Of a stretch of DNA of 64,000 nt, positions 1-10,546 are shown in pieces. The number at the start of each line of letters is the position of its first letter. Positions within the stretch are counted from its first letter, which is position 1. The notes under the pieces are model-generated. The model made no database searches. It was not told the origin of the DNA and worked only from the letters and a program-made list of their open reading frames with translations. The translations under genes and the position numbers were made by a program. Origin of the DNA: an uncultured virus (IMG/VR IMGVR_UViG_3300035661_004061) (Duplodnaviria > Heunggongvirae > Uroviricota > Caudoviricetes). The DNA lies in the IMG/VR virus record IMGVR_UViG_3300035661_004061; one strand, written 5' to 3'.

Positions 1-1898
1 TTATAAGTTAATTTACTTAAATCTTCTGGTAAAAAATAGAAATAATTTGGTTCAGATATATGGCTAAATTGAAAACCTGTTTTAAAATAAAAATTTCCAG
101 TCGACCATCTTCTATTTGCATAACTTATTAAGGATTTTGGTTTATAATGTTTTTCAAAATAAGCTAATAATTTACTTCCACCACCAATAATAGTCGTATT
201 TAATTTACTTGCATAGCGTAATAATTCATATTCATAAGACTTAGACATTCTAGGTTTACCAAAAGTCATAATACTAACTAATTCTTCTAGTTCTTTTATT
301 TTTATTATTTCTTTATTAATATAAGTATTCGTTTCTTTATCAAATTCATTTATAATATCTTTAATTTCAATTTTATTAATAATAAATAAACCAATATTAA
401 TACTACTAGCAACATAACCTTGTAAATGATTTTTATTAAGAAATTCTTTAACAAGATTATTATCATTCTTATTTGTTTCATTACCGTATTTATCTTTTAA
501 TTTAATTTCTTTAATGATTGTTTTTCTAGCAAATATTTTAGTGTGATTATGTAATTTACTATTTATCATACTAATCCAAATATTTTTTTGTCTATAATTT
601 AACCATTCATTTTCAAAAATATGAAATAATTGAAACTGTTTTTCTTCACATAAATTAGTTTTAATTAAATGTTTCTTTTTATCAATACTTTCTTTATCAT
701 CATTATTAAACATAGAATGATTACTTATCCCAAACGAATGAAACATTAAACCATTATATTCAATCCCAAATTTATTATCATAATCTAATATATCAATTTC
801 TAAATTCTGTTCTTTTTCTTCATTATTTTGATATTTAATAAATTGTCTATCATTTATCTTAACATTTAAAGAAAATTGATAATCACTTTTCTTAACATTA
901 TTTAATAAACTTTTATTTTCGTCATTATTATAAAATAAATTATATATTTCATTTTGTGTTTTTTGTTTCTCTTTTTTAAAAGGTAATAAATCATTAAATT
1001 TTAATTTTATTTTTTTATATTTATTAAAATATAATTTATTTACATTGAAATAATTCATTATATTATTTCTATTTAAAAAACCATTATTATTAAAATTATT
1101 ATTAATAAACTCGCTATTCAAATTATCGAAATTTGTAATATTATTTTGTGCTGGATTTTCGGTTCCATATTTATCTAAATTAGTTTGTTTTATTTTATTT
1201 TTAATTTCTTGATTTTGTGCTGGATTTTCCGTTTCATATTTGACTAAATTTGTTTGTTTTATTTTGTTTTTAATTTCTTGATTTTGGAAAACATTTTCAG
1301 TTCCATATTTGTTTAAATTTGTTTGTTTTATTTTGTTTTTAATTTCTTGATTTTGTAAAGGGGAATTGGTTCCATATTTGTTAAAATTAGTTTGTTTTAT
1401 TTTATTTTTAATTTCTTGATTTTGTAAAGGGGAATTGGTTCCATATTTATCTAAATTAGTTTGTTTTATTTTATCTTTTGTTTCTTTTGTTTTTAAATTT
1501 GTTGTTTCACCATACCTTTGAATATTTGTTTGTTTTCTTTTTTCAACAAAATCTTTATTTTGTGAAACATTTTCAACACCATATTTTTCTAAATTTGTTT
1601 GTTTTATTTTCTCTATAACAATTGGAGAAAAACATTTACAATGATTTGAACAAAAAGTCCTATAACCTATTCCAAATTTTACAAACTTTAAATTATTCCC
1701 ACAATAACATTTCGGTTGAATTATAATATTATAATATGAACAATAATATAATTCAGATATTGTAGAAGCCCAATGTTTTGATAAAAAATCATTTGTTTTT
1801 TCAGAATATTTTAATAAAAATTTTGAATTAATACTTTTCTTTTTATCTAATAAATTATTTTCTACAAATATTTTAACTTCATTATAAAATTCTTTCAA
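1..1898 (-). CDS. Hef-like putative homing endonuclease (Cys motif, 23-aa repeats, PD-(D/E)XK nuclease, GNAT-like C-terminal domain); 3' end runs off the window
   Basis: Missing from the ORF track. Manual translation from TTG at 1898 (upstream AAGGA) appears open to the window edge: PKCYCGN..YRTFCSNHC, seven KIKQTNLxKYGxEN repeats, LEIDILD..GIEYNGLMFHS..LFHIFENEW, NHLQGY, MTFGKPR, YELLRYA, GGGSKLL, ISYANRRWS. Confidence 0.7.
   Translation of the reverse strand, partial: MKEFYNEVKIFVENNLLDKKKSINSKFLLKYSEKTNDFLSKHWASTISELYYCSYYNIIIQPKCYCGNNLKFVKFGIGYRTFCSNHCKCFSPIVIEKIKQTNLEKYGVENVSQNKDFVEKRKQTNIQRYGETTNLKTKETKDKIKQTNLDKYGTNSPLQNQEIKNKIKQTNFNKYGTNSPLQNQEIKNKIKQTNLNKYGTENVFQNQEIKNKIKQTNLVKYETENPAQNQEIKNKIKQTNLDKYGTENPAQNNITNFDNLNSEFINNNFNNNGFLNRNNIMNYFNVNKLYFNKYKKIKLKFNDLLPFKKEKQKTQNEIYNLFYNNDENKSLLNNVKKSDYQFSLNVKINDRQFIKYQNNEEKEQNLEIDILDYDNKFGIEYNGLMFHSFGISNHSMFNNDDKESIDKKKHLIKTNLCEEKQFQLFHIFENEWLNYRQKNIWISMINSKLHNHTKIFARKTIIKEIKLKDKYGNETNKNDNNLVKEFLNKNHLQGYVASSINIGLFIINKIEIKDIINEFDKETNTYINKEIIKIKELEELVSIMTFGKPRMSKSYEYELLRYASKLNTTIIGGGSKLLAYFEKHYKPKSLISYANRRWSTGNFYFKTGFQFSHISEPNYFYFLPEDLSKLTY
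1143..1611 (-). repeat. Seven tandem 69-bp (23-aa) coding repeats
   Basis: The KQTN-coding motif recurs every 69 bp (about 1181, 1250, 1319, 1388, 1457, 1526, 1595); unit approximately KIKQTNLDKYGTENPAQNQEIKN. Confidence 0.95.
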
Positions 1899-2086
1899 CC
1901 CGTTATTTCCTTTACTATAAAATAAATACATTATTATATTATAACATAAAAAACTATAAATTTCAATATCATAAAATAAAAGTAAATTATAGCTTTTATA
2001 ATTTAAAAAGAAATAAAAATTTATAGACTTTTATGATTTGTTAATGTATAATATTAATAATATTATATCAAAATAAAAGGATTAAA

Positions 2087-4504
2087 ATGCAATTTAAAGA
2101 AATTTCGATTTTTTTTTCAAACAATGATGATATTACAAAATTAAAAAAAATTTTTGATATTAAAATCCCAAAATCTACTGAAAATTTAAAAAAATCTGTT
2201 TATAAAATTCTTAAAAGAAATACTAAAAATGGAAACTTTCAATATCTATATTACAAAATAAATATTAAATACTATGAAGAAAATAAATTAAATAATATTA
2301 TAACAAATAACCAAGAAGATTTTTTTAATTCAGATAATCATAGTAATTTAAACTTTTTTATAGAGAACACACAAACAAAATCTAAAACTTTTAATACGAT
2401 ATTATTAACTGATAATTTAGATGATATTCTATTAGAAATTTATTTAAAAGAACAAAATCTTATAACTTCAATAGATTCTATTATTATTCCTGTAAGATTT
2501 AAAGAAGACGAAGAAATTAGAGAACATTTAACAAAATCACAAATGATTTTAAAAGATATGAGAAAAAATCATTTGTCAGCAGGAAATTATTGGGACGGTT
2601 CTCATAAAGAAAAAATAAAAGAATTAATAGAAAAGAAACATAAAGTCAAATATGAAGATTTTAAATACGCTTTAAATAATAAAGAATATGAAATTGAAAA
2701 ATTAGAAAAAGCTAAAGAACGTGATAGAATAAATTTAGACACTCCTATTTTTGATTCAATGCAATCATTATTTGAACAAGTTGAAGTGAAAAAAAATGAA
2801 ATTAAATCATTAAAAAAAGGATTAAATCCAATATTATTTAAAAGAATGACCGTTCTTCATTGTCCTAAATGTAATAATCATATATCGTTTATTTCAGAAC
2901 ATCAAGAAATTGTATGTAATAAATGCAAATTACATAATAATATACAATATGTATGGTATAAAAATCTTCCTAACTTATATATTAAAGAAGGTGAAAATTT
3001 TATTTATTGTTCTACCTTTCAAGGAAATAAAAAATTTATTTATTCTAAAAATAAAATTTTTATAAAAGATAATAAATCAAACAATAAGTCTTCATTATTG
3101 CATAATAAAAAATTTAAAAGAATAAATACTATGTATAAAACATTAAATGAAAATACTTTTTCATTTGTATATGATCATTCTATGTTAGAAGACGACGAAA
3201 AATTACAAATATTTTTAACTCATTTATTATATGATAAAATTAATATAAATTCAGAAGAAATATCTAAAAAATTAGTAAATATATTTTATTCTAATAATTC
3301 ATATATTTTATTTATTTATACTTTATATTGGATGTTAAAAAATAATAATAAAGAACTTGATTTAAATTATATATTTGATTATGTAGAAATATATAATCGT
3401 GAATGGACTAAAAAAATATCTAAAATAAAAAGCGATAGAATAGATATATATAATTTTTTTGAAGTTTTTGTTCATAAAAATATGGGAAAATTCTTTAAAA
3501 AAACTTTATATAATAAAATTTTTATAGAAAAATCATTAAATAGTAGATTCACAAAAGAATCACAAACATTAAAAAATGAAAAATATTTAAAAAATACATT
3601 TTTATTAAATTTTTATTTTATTTTGTTTGAAAAATTCAAAGATACAAATTATATTAATACTATAATTTCATTAAACAATGATTTCATTTCTAAAAAAATA
3701 AATATTTATAATTTGAAAAAATCTGGACGTATATTAAAAAATTATTTTGATTTAGTTTTTAAAGTATATAAACAAGAAAATATTTATAATCATATTATTA
3801 AAGAAGATTTTGAATTAGATATAATGTTAATCAAAGATACTTTTCAAATGTATTTTAAAATAAAAAAATATATAAAATTTAAAGATTATAAAAATGAAAT
3901 TAATCCTAAATTTTCAATTAAAAGTTTTCATGATGAAATTACTGAAATTTTTAATAAAATTGAAATGGATGAAATTAAATTAGATTATACACCAGATAAT
4001 TTAATGCATTTTGAAAAAGTTATAAATAATTATAATTATGTTTTGCCTAAATCTAATTTGGAATTAACTAAATGGGGCAAACAACTTCATCATTGTGTTG
4101 GAGGATACTTTGATAGTATTCTCAACGGACATTGTTATATAGTAGGAGTATATGATAAAAATGAAGAATTAAAATATACTATGGAAATTAATAAAAATAA
4201 TAATGTTATAAATCAATGTAAAACTAAATTTAATGATAGACCTTGTTCTGATGTCGATTTTTTAGAATCATTAAAAATATATATTGAAATGAACAAATTA
4301 GGTTATAGTGAATATTCAAATAACAAAGATTTAATAAAAGAATTAAATAATTTTGAACATAATGAACAATTACTTTTATCTTTTAATAAACCAAAAATAA
4401 TAAAAATAGAAAATCTTTATAAATTAATAAATAAAAATAATAATGTAATAGAAAATACATTACCACAACCTCAAAATCTAATTAGAAATTTCCCAGACTT
4501 TTAA
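2087..4504 (+). CDS. PcfJ-domain protein with internal Zn ribbon
   Basis: C-terminal FHDEI..LPKSNLELTKWGKQLHHCVGGY..YTMEI..INQCK..FN typical of PcfJ-like domains; CPKC-x14-CNKC. Confidence 0.75.
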   Translation: MQFKEISIFFSNNDDITKLKKIFDIKIPKSTENLKKSVYKILKRNTKNGNFQYLYYKINIKYYEENKLNNIITNNQEDFFNSDNHSNLNFFIENTQTKSKTFNTILLTDNLDDILLEIYLKEQNLITSIDSIIIPVRFKEDEEIREHLTKSQMILKDMRKNHLSAGNYWDGSHKEKIKELIEKKHKVKYEDFKYALNNKEYEIEKLEKAKERDRINLDTPIFDSMQSLFEQVEVKKNEIKSLKKGLNPILFKRMTVLHCPKCNNHISFISEHQEIVCNKCKLHNNIQYVWYKNLPNLYIKEGENFIYCSTFQGNKKFIYSKNKIFIKDNKSNNKSSLLHNKKFKRINTMYKTLNENTFSFVYDHSMLEDDEKLQIFLTHLLYDKININSEEISKKLVNIFYSNNSYILFIYTLYWMLKNNNKELDLNYIFDYVEIYNREWTKKISKIKSDRIDIYNFFEVFVHKNMGKFFKKTLYNKIFIEKSLNSRFTKESQTLKNEKYLKNTFLLNFYFILFEKFKDTNYINTIISLNNDFISKKINIYNLKKSGRILKNYFDLVFKVYKQENIYNHIIKEDFELDIMLIKDTFQMYFKIKKYIKFKDYKNEINPKFSIKSFHDEITEIFNKIEMDEIKLDYTPDNLMHFEKVINNYNYVLPKSNLELTKWGKQLHHCVGGYFDSILNGHCYIVGVYDKNEELKYTMEINKNNNVINQCKTKFNDRPCSDVDFLESLKIYIEMNKLGYSEYSNNKDLIKELNNFEHNEQLLLSFNKPKIIKIENLYKLINKNNNVIENTLPQPQNLIRNFPDF

Positions 4505-4538
4505 ATATTATTCTTGTTAGTTACAAGAATAATATTTA
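4502..4538. terminator. Hairpin between convergent genes, likely terminator
   Basis: 16-bp perfect stem taaatattattcttgt / acaagaataatattta with a 5-nt loop at the PcfJ stop. Confidence 0.6.
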
Positions 4539-4641
4539 TTAATAGAAATTTAAGATATGTGTTATTTTTATTAGATATAGAAATGAAGATAAAAAGAAGA
4601 TAAAATTTTATTTAAGTTTGATTTTTTAAGATAACAAGAAA

Positions 4642-5244
4642 TTATTTTTTTCTTGTTATTATTTCATCAATTAATCCTAATGACAAAGCTTCTTGTGGTG
4701 AAAGAAAATTATCCCTGTCTGTCAATTCAACCATTCGTTCATAAGAAGTTATTCCATTAGTGCTTTCAGCCATAATAGTAGTTAATTCTTGTTTCATTCG
4801 TAAAATTTCATTAGCATGTAATAAAATATCAGAAGCCTGTCCTCTTGCACCACCTAACGGTTGATGAATCATAATTCGTGAATGTGGTAATGAATATCGT
4901 TTTCCAGGAGCACCAGCGCTTAAAAGAAATGCACCCATAGATGCAGCTTGTCCTAAACAAATTGTTTGAACATCAGGTTTAATTAAATTCATAGTATCAA
5001 ATATAGCCATTCCACTTGTTATAACACCACCAGGAGAATTAATATACATAAAAATATCTTTATCAGGATCTTGTGCTTCCAAAAAAAGCAATTGCGATAC
5101 AATTGAACTAGCCATATTATCTTCAACTTCTGTTGTCAACATAATTATTCTATCTTTTAATAAACGTGAATATATATCGTAAGTTCTTTCAATTTTCCCT
5201 TCTTTTTCAGTAACGTATGGAATTATTAAATTAGTAGCTTGCAT
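4642..5244 (-). CDS. clpP: ATP-dependent Clp protease proteolytic subunit
   Basis: [29 protein letters not shown] (Ser), MIHQPLGG (His), DRDNF (Asp). Confidence 0.97.
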   Translation of the reverse strand: MQATNLIIPYVTEKEGKIERTYDIYSRLLKDRIIMLTTEVEDNMASSIVSQLLFLEAQDPDKDIFMYINSPGGVITSGMAIFDTMNLIKPDVQTICLGQAASMGAFLLSAGAPGKRYSLPHSRIMIHQPLGGARGQASDILLHANEILRMKQELTTIMAESTNGITSYERMVELTDRDNFLSPQEALSLGLIDEIITRKK

Positions 5245-5353
5245 TTTTAACCTTTAAAATTAAATTATATTATTATGATTATTAATTTTTATTTCAATTA
5301 ATAATTGTATGAATAATAATATAATTTTATTTTTTTGTCAATTATAAAACGTG

Positions 5354-5854
5354 TTATTTACGGTTTTCTATGTTCAAATTATCATTTGATTCTATAATTT
5401 CTTTTTCTAAAGAATTTTTATAATCAATTTCATCTTCATTTAATATTTGTATAAAATCAATATCAATAAATTGTAATAGTTCTTCTTCAAAATAATTTTT
5501 ATAATCAATTTCATCTTCATTAAATGTTTGTATAAAACTATTATTAATATTGAAATCATTTTTATTTGTTTTATTTCCTATAAAATAAAAAATAACCAAA
5601 ACGATTAATAAAGGTAAAAATATATTTTTAATATTTATTTTTTTAATATTAAAATCAATATTTTTTAATTTTATAAATGTTTTTTCAGATTCTATTTGAA
5701 GATAAATTTCTTTTGAAACAGGAAATTCTTTAAATGTTTTATTTATTTCTTCAAAAATATTGTCTTCTATATCTTTAGAAAATTTTGAATAATTAATTTC
5801 TAATTTGTCTTTTTTTTCCGTTAAATATTTATTAAAAATATCATTATCATTCAT
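5354..5854 (-). CDS. Single-pass membrane protein, probable anti-sigma factor
   Basis: One hydrophobic segment (IFLPLLIVLVIFYFIG); directly downstream of the ECF sigma gene; internal duplication FIQxxNEDEIDYKN spaced 27 aa. Confidence 0.5.
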   Translation of the reverse strand: MNDNDIFNKYLTEKKDKLEINYSKFSKDIEDNIFEEINKTFKEFPVSKEIYLQIESEKTFIKLKNIDFNIKKINIKNIFLPLLIVLVIFYFIGNKTNKNDFNINNSFIQTFNEDEIDYKNYFEEELLQFIDIDFIQILNEDEIDYKNSLEKEIIESNDNLNIENRK

Positions 5855-5861
5855 TCTTCCT

Positions 5862-6359
5862 TTACTCCTTATAATAAAGCTTTAATTTATCTAAAGCATT
5901 CTTTTTTAAAACTCTTATAGTGCTTTCTTTAATATTTAATAATTCAGAAATTTCAAATATTTCTTTTTCTTCTTTAAAAATCAAATTTAATATACATTCT
6001 TCTCTTTCGGTTAAAATATTTTTAATTTCTAAAAAAATATTTGAATTTCCTTCTTCATAGTATTCTTCTTTTATATATTTAAAATCAAAATCGTTTTTTT
6101 TATTTCTAAGATAATCTATTACTACACTTTGTATAATAATAGAAATCCATGTATTAAAGGAAGATTTTTGTTCATCATAATTTTTCATAATTCTATAATT
6201 ATTTTTTATTAATTTTATTAAAACATTTTGATAACAATCTTCTATTTCTTCTTTTTGCGGATAGTGAAAATAAGAATTGAATGTTTTTCTAATCATTGAA
6301 AATATAATTTTATTATATTTTTGTTTAAAATCAATCCAATAATAATTATTATTATACAT
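5862..6359 (-). CDS. ECF-type sigma-70 family RNA polymerase sigma factor
   Basis: Region 2 (EDCYQNVLIKL..SFNTWI..VIDYLR) and region 4 (LTEREECIL..EISELLNIKESTIRV..NALDKLK); 165 aa. Confidence 0.88.
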   Translation of the reverse strand: MYNNNYYWIDFKQKYNKIIFSMIRKTFNSYFHYPQKEEIEDCYQNVLIKLIKNNYRIMKNYDEQKSSFNTWISIIIQSVVIDYLRNKKNDFDFKYIKEEYYEEGNSNIFLEIKNILTEREECILNLIFKEEKEIFEISELLNIKESTIRVLKKNALDKLKLYYKE

Positions 6360-6381
6360 ATTTATGTCCTATATAATTATA

Positions 6382-6687
6382 TTATTTTTTATCTTCCATT
6401 CTTTCTTCACCTTCATGTCTTTTAGGTTTACACATTTTTAAAGCATCAAAAGTTGTTGCTGAATTAACACAATTTTTATTTTCATTCATTTTATTAATTC
6501 TTTCATCAATTTTTGCTAAAATTCTTTGCTTAACTTCATTTATATCTTTTTTTTGAAAATGATTTCCTTCTTGCATTTTTTGTTCTCCTGAAAATTTTTG
6601 ATTTCTCATTCCTCCTTCTTCATTAGCCATAAGGGAATTAGTTAATAAAACACCTAAAATTGTTGTAATCATTGTTATTTTTTTCAT
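6382..6687 (-). CDS. Exported helical protein with two Cys
   Basis: Sec signal MKKITMITTILGVLLTNSLMA; CVNSATTFDALKMC; AAGGA RBS. Confidence 0.6.
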   Translation of the reverse strand: MKKITMITTILGVLLTNSLMANEEGGMRNQKFSGEQKMQEGNHFQKKDINEVKQRILAKIDERINKMNENKNCVNSATTFDALKMCKPKRHEGEERMEDKK

Positions 6688-6842
6688 TTGTTATCCTTTA
6701 AATTTTTTTCTAACATTTTATTAATACGTTGGATATATCAAAAACGTTTATCTCTAAATAAAAAATTTTAATTATTATTTAATAAATATTATTATATAAT
6801 ATATTTATTATAATAGAATAAATAAAAAATATAGGATAACAA

Positions 6843-7979
6843 ATGAAAAATATAGATTTTAAAAATATAGATACAATATTCCACATATCAGATAAAGATT
6901 TAGATGGGTATGGTTCTCAAATGTTATTGAAGGAATATTTAAAAAATAATAATATTAAATCAAAAATAAAATTTTTTAATCCTCAAAGAGAAAATATATT
7001 AAGTGATATAAATTATGTTTTTTCTGAAATAGTTAAAGACAAAAAACAAAAATATTTATTATTGTTAACTGATTTATCTTTAGAAGAAGAACATATTAAA
7101 AAAATGAATAATTTTAAGAGAGGAAACAAAAATATATCAGTAGAATATCAATTATTAGATCATCATATTTCAGGTGAAAAAAATATTATAAATGAATGGT
7201 ATCATTTAGATTTGAATAATTGTAGTGCTAAAATAACATATTTATTTTTAGAAAAAAATTTAGGTAAAAATGAAAATTTAGAAAAAATTTCAGATCTAAT
7301 ACAAGTAAAAGATTTATGGATTAAAGGTAGTAAAAATTTCAATAAATCTACATTTTTATCAGATAATTTAATGAATATTAGATATCCTGAAATTTTTAAA
7401 GATAATGAAAGAAATGAAAAATTATATTTGATTAAAAATTTAGGTAAATTATTATTAAGTGATTTGTCTTTAAAAGATATAGAAAAAGAATTTATTGATT
7501 TAAAAAATAATTATTATAACAAATATATTGGAGCAGAGTTATCTAAAAATGATGATTTAAGTAGTGAATTAAGAAAACAATACTATTTTTATACTCTTTT
7601 TTTAAAAATAACTAATAATTTTAAAATAATAAAAATTGATGATTATAAAATGAAAGTATTATATGGTATTGAACCTCATATATTTCAAATTTTATCTTCT
7701 TTGTATTTGGAGAATAATACAGATATAGATATTATGATGAATTTATCTTCTAATGGAAAATTGTCATTACGTTGTAATCAAGATCTTGAAAAAATAAATT
7801 TATCTGATATATCAACGAAATATTTTAATGGTGGAGGACATGCAAAAGCTGCTGGAGGGAAAATAGAATTAAAAGATAATATTTATTCACAAAATACTAT
7901 TGAAAAGTTAATAAAAGATATAATTTTATCTAAAAAAGATATTGAAGTTCAATTTGATGATGTTGAAGTTCAATTTTAA
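6843..7979 (+). CDS. DHH/DHHA1 family phosphoesterase (NrnB/oligoribonuclease-like)
   Basis: DxDLDG, TDLS, LLDHH and GGGHAKAAGG motifs. Confidence 0.9.
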   Translation: MKNIDFKNIDTIFHISDKDLDGYGSQMLLKEYLKNNNIKSKIKFFNPQRENILSDINYVFSEIVKDKKQKYLLLLTDLSLEEEHIKKMNNFKRGNKNISVEYQLLDHHISGEKNIINEWYHLDLNNCSAKITYLFLEKNLGKNENLEKISDLIQVKDLWIKGSKNFNKSTFLSDNLMNIRYPEIFKDNERNEKLYLIKNLGKLLLSDLSLKDIEKEFIDLKNNYYNKYIGAELSKNDDLSSELRKQYYFYTLFLKITNNFKIIKIDDYKMKVLYGIEPHIFQILSSLYLENNTDIDIMMNLSSNGKLSLRCNQDLEKINLSDISTKYFNGGGHAKAAGGKIELKDNIYSQNTIEKLIKDIILSKKDIEVQFDDVEVQF

Positions 7980-8497
7980 TTGAATGATTTTTCATAAACA
8001 AATCTTTCTGTTGTAACACTATTTGTTGTAGCAAAATATTTATAATAAATTTTAAATTCATTGTTTAACAATAATACTATTTCATCATTTACATCTTTTC
8101 TTGTTCTTGTATAAATTTTTTTAAATCCTAAATTTTCACAATTATTTAAAAATTCAGTATAAAGTTCTTTCATTAATTTTATTCCTCTATATTCAGGTAA
8201 TACAACATAATCTTTTATATAAATAGCATCAGTGTCAAAACTTAATTTATCAAAATCTATAAAATTTTTAATATCAATTCCTAATATATAACCTATAATT
8301 CGTTTTTCATTATTTCTAATAAGAATAAAAATACCTTCTTCATAATCTTCTTTAAATTCATTTAAAATTTTATCAAAATTAATAATTTCATATCTTGGTG
8401 GTAAAGAATAAAAATATTTATATATAGAAGCTATTTCATATAATATATCATTACGGTCTTTTTCTTCTAAATTATTATATACAAGTTCAAATGTCAT
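7976..8497 (-). CDS. GNAT family N-acetyltransferase
   Basis: IIGYILG..YIKDYVVLPEYRGIKLMKELY acetyl-CoA-binding motif A. Confidence 0.8.
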   Translation of the reverse strand: MTFELVYNNLEEKDRNDILYEIASIYKYFYSLPPRYEIINFDKILNEFKEDYEEGIFILIRNNEKRIIGYILGIDIKNFIDFDKLSFDTDAIYIKDYVVLPEYRGIKLMKELYTEFLNNCENLGFKKIYTRTRKDVNDEIVLLLNNEFKIYYKYFATTNSVTTERFVYEKSFN

Positions 8498-8645
8498 TTT
8501 TATTAACCTTATTTTATTTTATTAATAAATTATAATAAATTAATTAAAGTTATAATAAAAATATATTATTAAGATAAAATTTAAGATATTTTTAAAATTC
8601 ACCATTTTTCTTATAATTTAAAAAAATAATAAAATAGGAAAATTA

Positions 8646-9527
8646 ATGTTAAATTTAAAAAAAAATTATATCAAAAATGACATGAATTATAATGAAGATG
8701 GAAGTAAAATATCACATTATGAAGAAGAAGAATTAAAAGAATTTAATGATATAATTTTAAATAAATTTAATGAACGTTCAATAGAATTTGAATTATTATT
8801 AAAAAATTATATGAAACATATGAAAATGTTTATAGAATATAAACTTGATTTTATAGGTATTATAGAAAATATAAAACCAACAGATTTACAATTTACATAT
8901 TTCATAACAGATTATTATATTCATTTACAAAACAAAAATATAGAAACAATTAAATTAAATATTAAATGGAATATTGAAGAAGAAAATAAAAATTATTTTA
9001 TAAATTCTTTAACCTTTATTGTTAATAATAATTGTTATTATAAATTTAAATATGTTCCAGAAGAAGATAAAATGGCTTTAACTTATATGGGATCTGAAAA
9101 AAATATTTATGAACCAGGAAATTTCATAAATGATATAATAAAATTACAAAAAATGTTAAAATTAAATTATGGAAAATTAACACTTTGTTATTTAAAAGAA
9201 AATGAAATAATACCTTATGAAGAAACTGTAATATATAAAAATCAAAATATTGTAATAACTGATATCGGTGTTATAGATTTGAATTTAATAAAAAATCAAA
9301 AAACATTTAATTTAAATTCTAGAACTGAAATAAAAAACTATAACAATTTAAATTATAAATTATTTAATTATTTAAATAAAAAAGTATTAAATATTGAATT
9401 TAATGAATCTACACAAAAATTAAATACTGAATTAGAAAAAATAAAGCAAAATCAAGAAATATATTATGAATTAGAAAAATTTTATATAATCGCTGAAACA
9501 GAAGTCAAATCTATTTTTAATTTTTAA
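8646..9527 (+). CDS. Hypothetical protein
   Basis: 293-aa ORF with AGGA RBS; no motif recognised. Confidence 0.6.
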   Translation: MLNLKKNYIKNDMNYNEDGSKISHYEEEELKEFNDIILNKFNERSIEFELLLKNYMKHMKMFIEYKLDFIGIIENIKPTDLQFTYFITDYYIHLQNKNIETIKLNIKWNIEEENKNYFINSLTFIVNNNCYYKFKYVPEEDKMALTYMGSEKNIYEPGNFINDIIKLQKMLKLNYGKLTLCYLKENEIIPYEETVIYKNQNIVITDIGVIDLNLIKNQKTFNLNSRTEIKNYNNLNYKLFNYLNKKVLNIEFNESTQKLNTELEKIKQNQEIYYELEKFYIIAETEVKSIFNF

Positions 9528-9621
9528 TTTTTTTATTTTAAACATATTTTAATCATAATTTAATTATAATATAATATATAAATTAAATATGAAAAAAAAA
9601 TATTTAAAAAGGAATATAAAA

Positions 9622-10194
9622 ATGAAAATAAGAGATATACAATTACTTCATAATAACGAAGGAACAAGTAACAAAATATATGTAGGGATTCTTTTAGACG
9701 ATGGTAATTATATTACAGTTTATGGTCCTAGATTAGGAAATACTAAAATTGGATTTCAGAATAGAAATAAGAAAACTTATGGAAATTATTTAGATAAAAT
9801 AGCAACAAATAAATTTAAACCATTCGATCAAATAATTTCTTCTAAAAAATCTAACGGATATAATAATAAAGCATTTAATATTACATATAAAGAGATAAGA
9901 GAATCACCTGATACAGGAAAAGGAAAAGAATTTTTTAGTTATGTAAATAAATCAAATATTGAACAATTATTTTCTGAATTAGATAAAATAATTTATGGAG
10001 TACAATCAACTTCTAGTCAAAATATTGATTTTGATGAATTATTAGAAAAAGAAAAAGCTGCGAAAGCAAATATACTTTTAAAAGAAGAATTAGATAAAAA
10101 ATTCGCAAATGAAAAACAATTAAAATTAGAAAAATTAAATGAAAAAGAATCTAAAAAATTACAAGATTCAGATATGGAAATAATGTTTTTTTAA
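9622..10194 (+). CDS. WGR-like domain protein with coiled-coil tail
   Basis: EGTSNKIY..VYGPRLG..FDQIISSKKSNGY resembles the WGR pattern; ATG at 9622 follows AAGGA and is a likelier start than 9589. Confidence 0.55.
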   Translation: MKIRDIQLLHNNEGTSNKIYVGILLDDGNYITVYGPRLGNTKIGFQNRNKKTYGNYLDKIATNKFKPFDQIISSKKSNGYNNKAFNITYKEIRESPDTGKGKEFFSYVNKSNIEQLFSELDKIIYGVQSTSSQNIDFDELLEKEKAAKANILLKEELDKKFANEKQLKLEKLNEKESKKLQDSDMEIMFF

Positions 10195-10281
10195 ATTTGA
10201 TAAAGTTTCAAAACACTTTAAGATTATTTGATTATTATAAATATAAACATATAATATATAATATATTTTTAAGGAGATAAT

Positions 10282-10485
10282 ATGAAATATTTAATATATT
10301 TAATATTGGTAATATTTGCAACAGGTTGTGAAACAACTATGACTAAAATAGGGTATGAAAGTTCGGAGGAACGATTTCAAAAAAATGTGAATTTACAAAA
10401 TGAAACTTTTGAAAAAAAACTTGCTGAATTAAAAGATCCAAATAATACGCAATATTACAAAAATTTAAATGAATATAAAAAATAA
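10282..10485 (+). CDS. Small lipoprotein
   Basis: MKYLIYLILVIFATGC lipobox-like signal; AAGGAG RBS. Confidence 0.65.
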   Translation: MKYLIYLILVIFATGCETTMTKIGYESSEERFQKNVNLQNETFEKKLAELKDPNNTQYYKNLNEYKK

Positions 10486-10487
10486 AT

Positions 10488-10514
10488 TTTAGTTTTAATA
10501 AATTTTACCGATAT
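10488..10514 (+). promoter_or_regulatory. Sigma-28 (FliA) promoter of flgM
   Basis: TTTAGTTT-N11-ACCGATAT versus consensus TAAAGTTT-N11-GCCGATAA, 32 nt upstream of the flgM start. Confidence 0.75.
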
Positions 10515-10546
10515 AGATCAAATTAAGAAAATTAAGGAATAAAAAA

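Noticed and set aside
1143..1611. 69-bp periodic repeats as a CRISPR array or iterons
   Set aside because: No unique spacers; the unit is a multiple of 3 and lies in an open frame, so these are protein repeats
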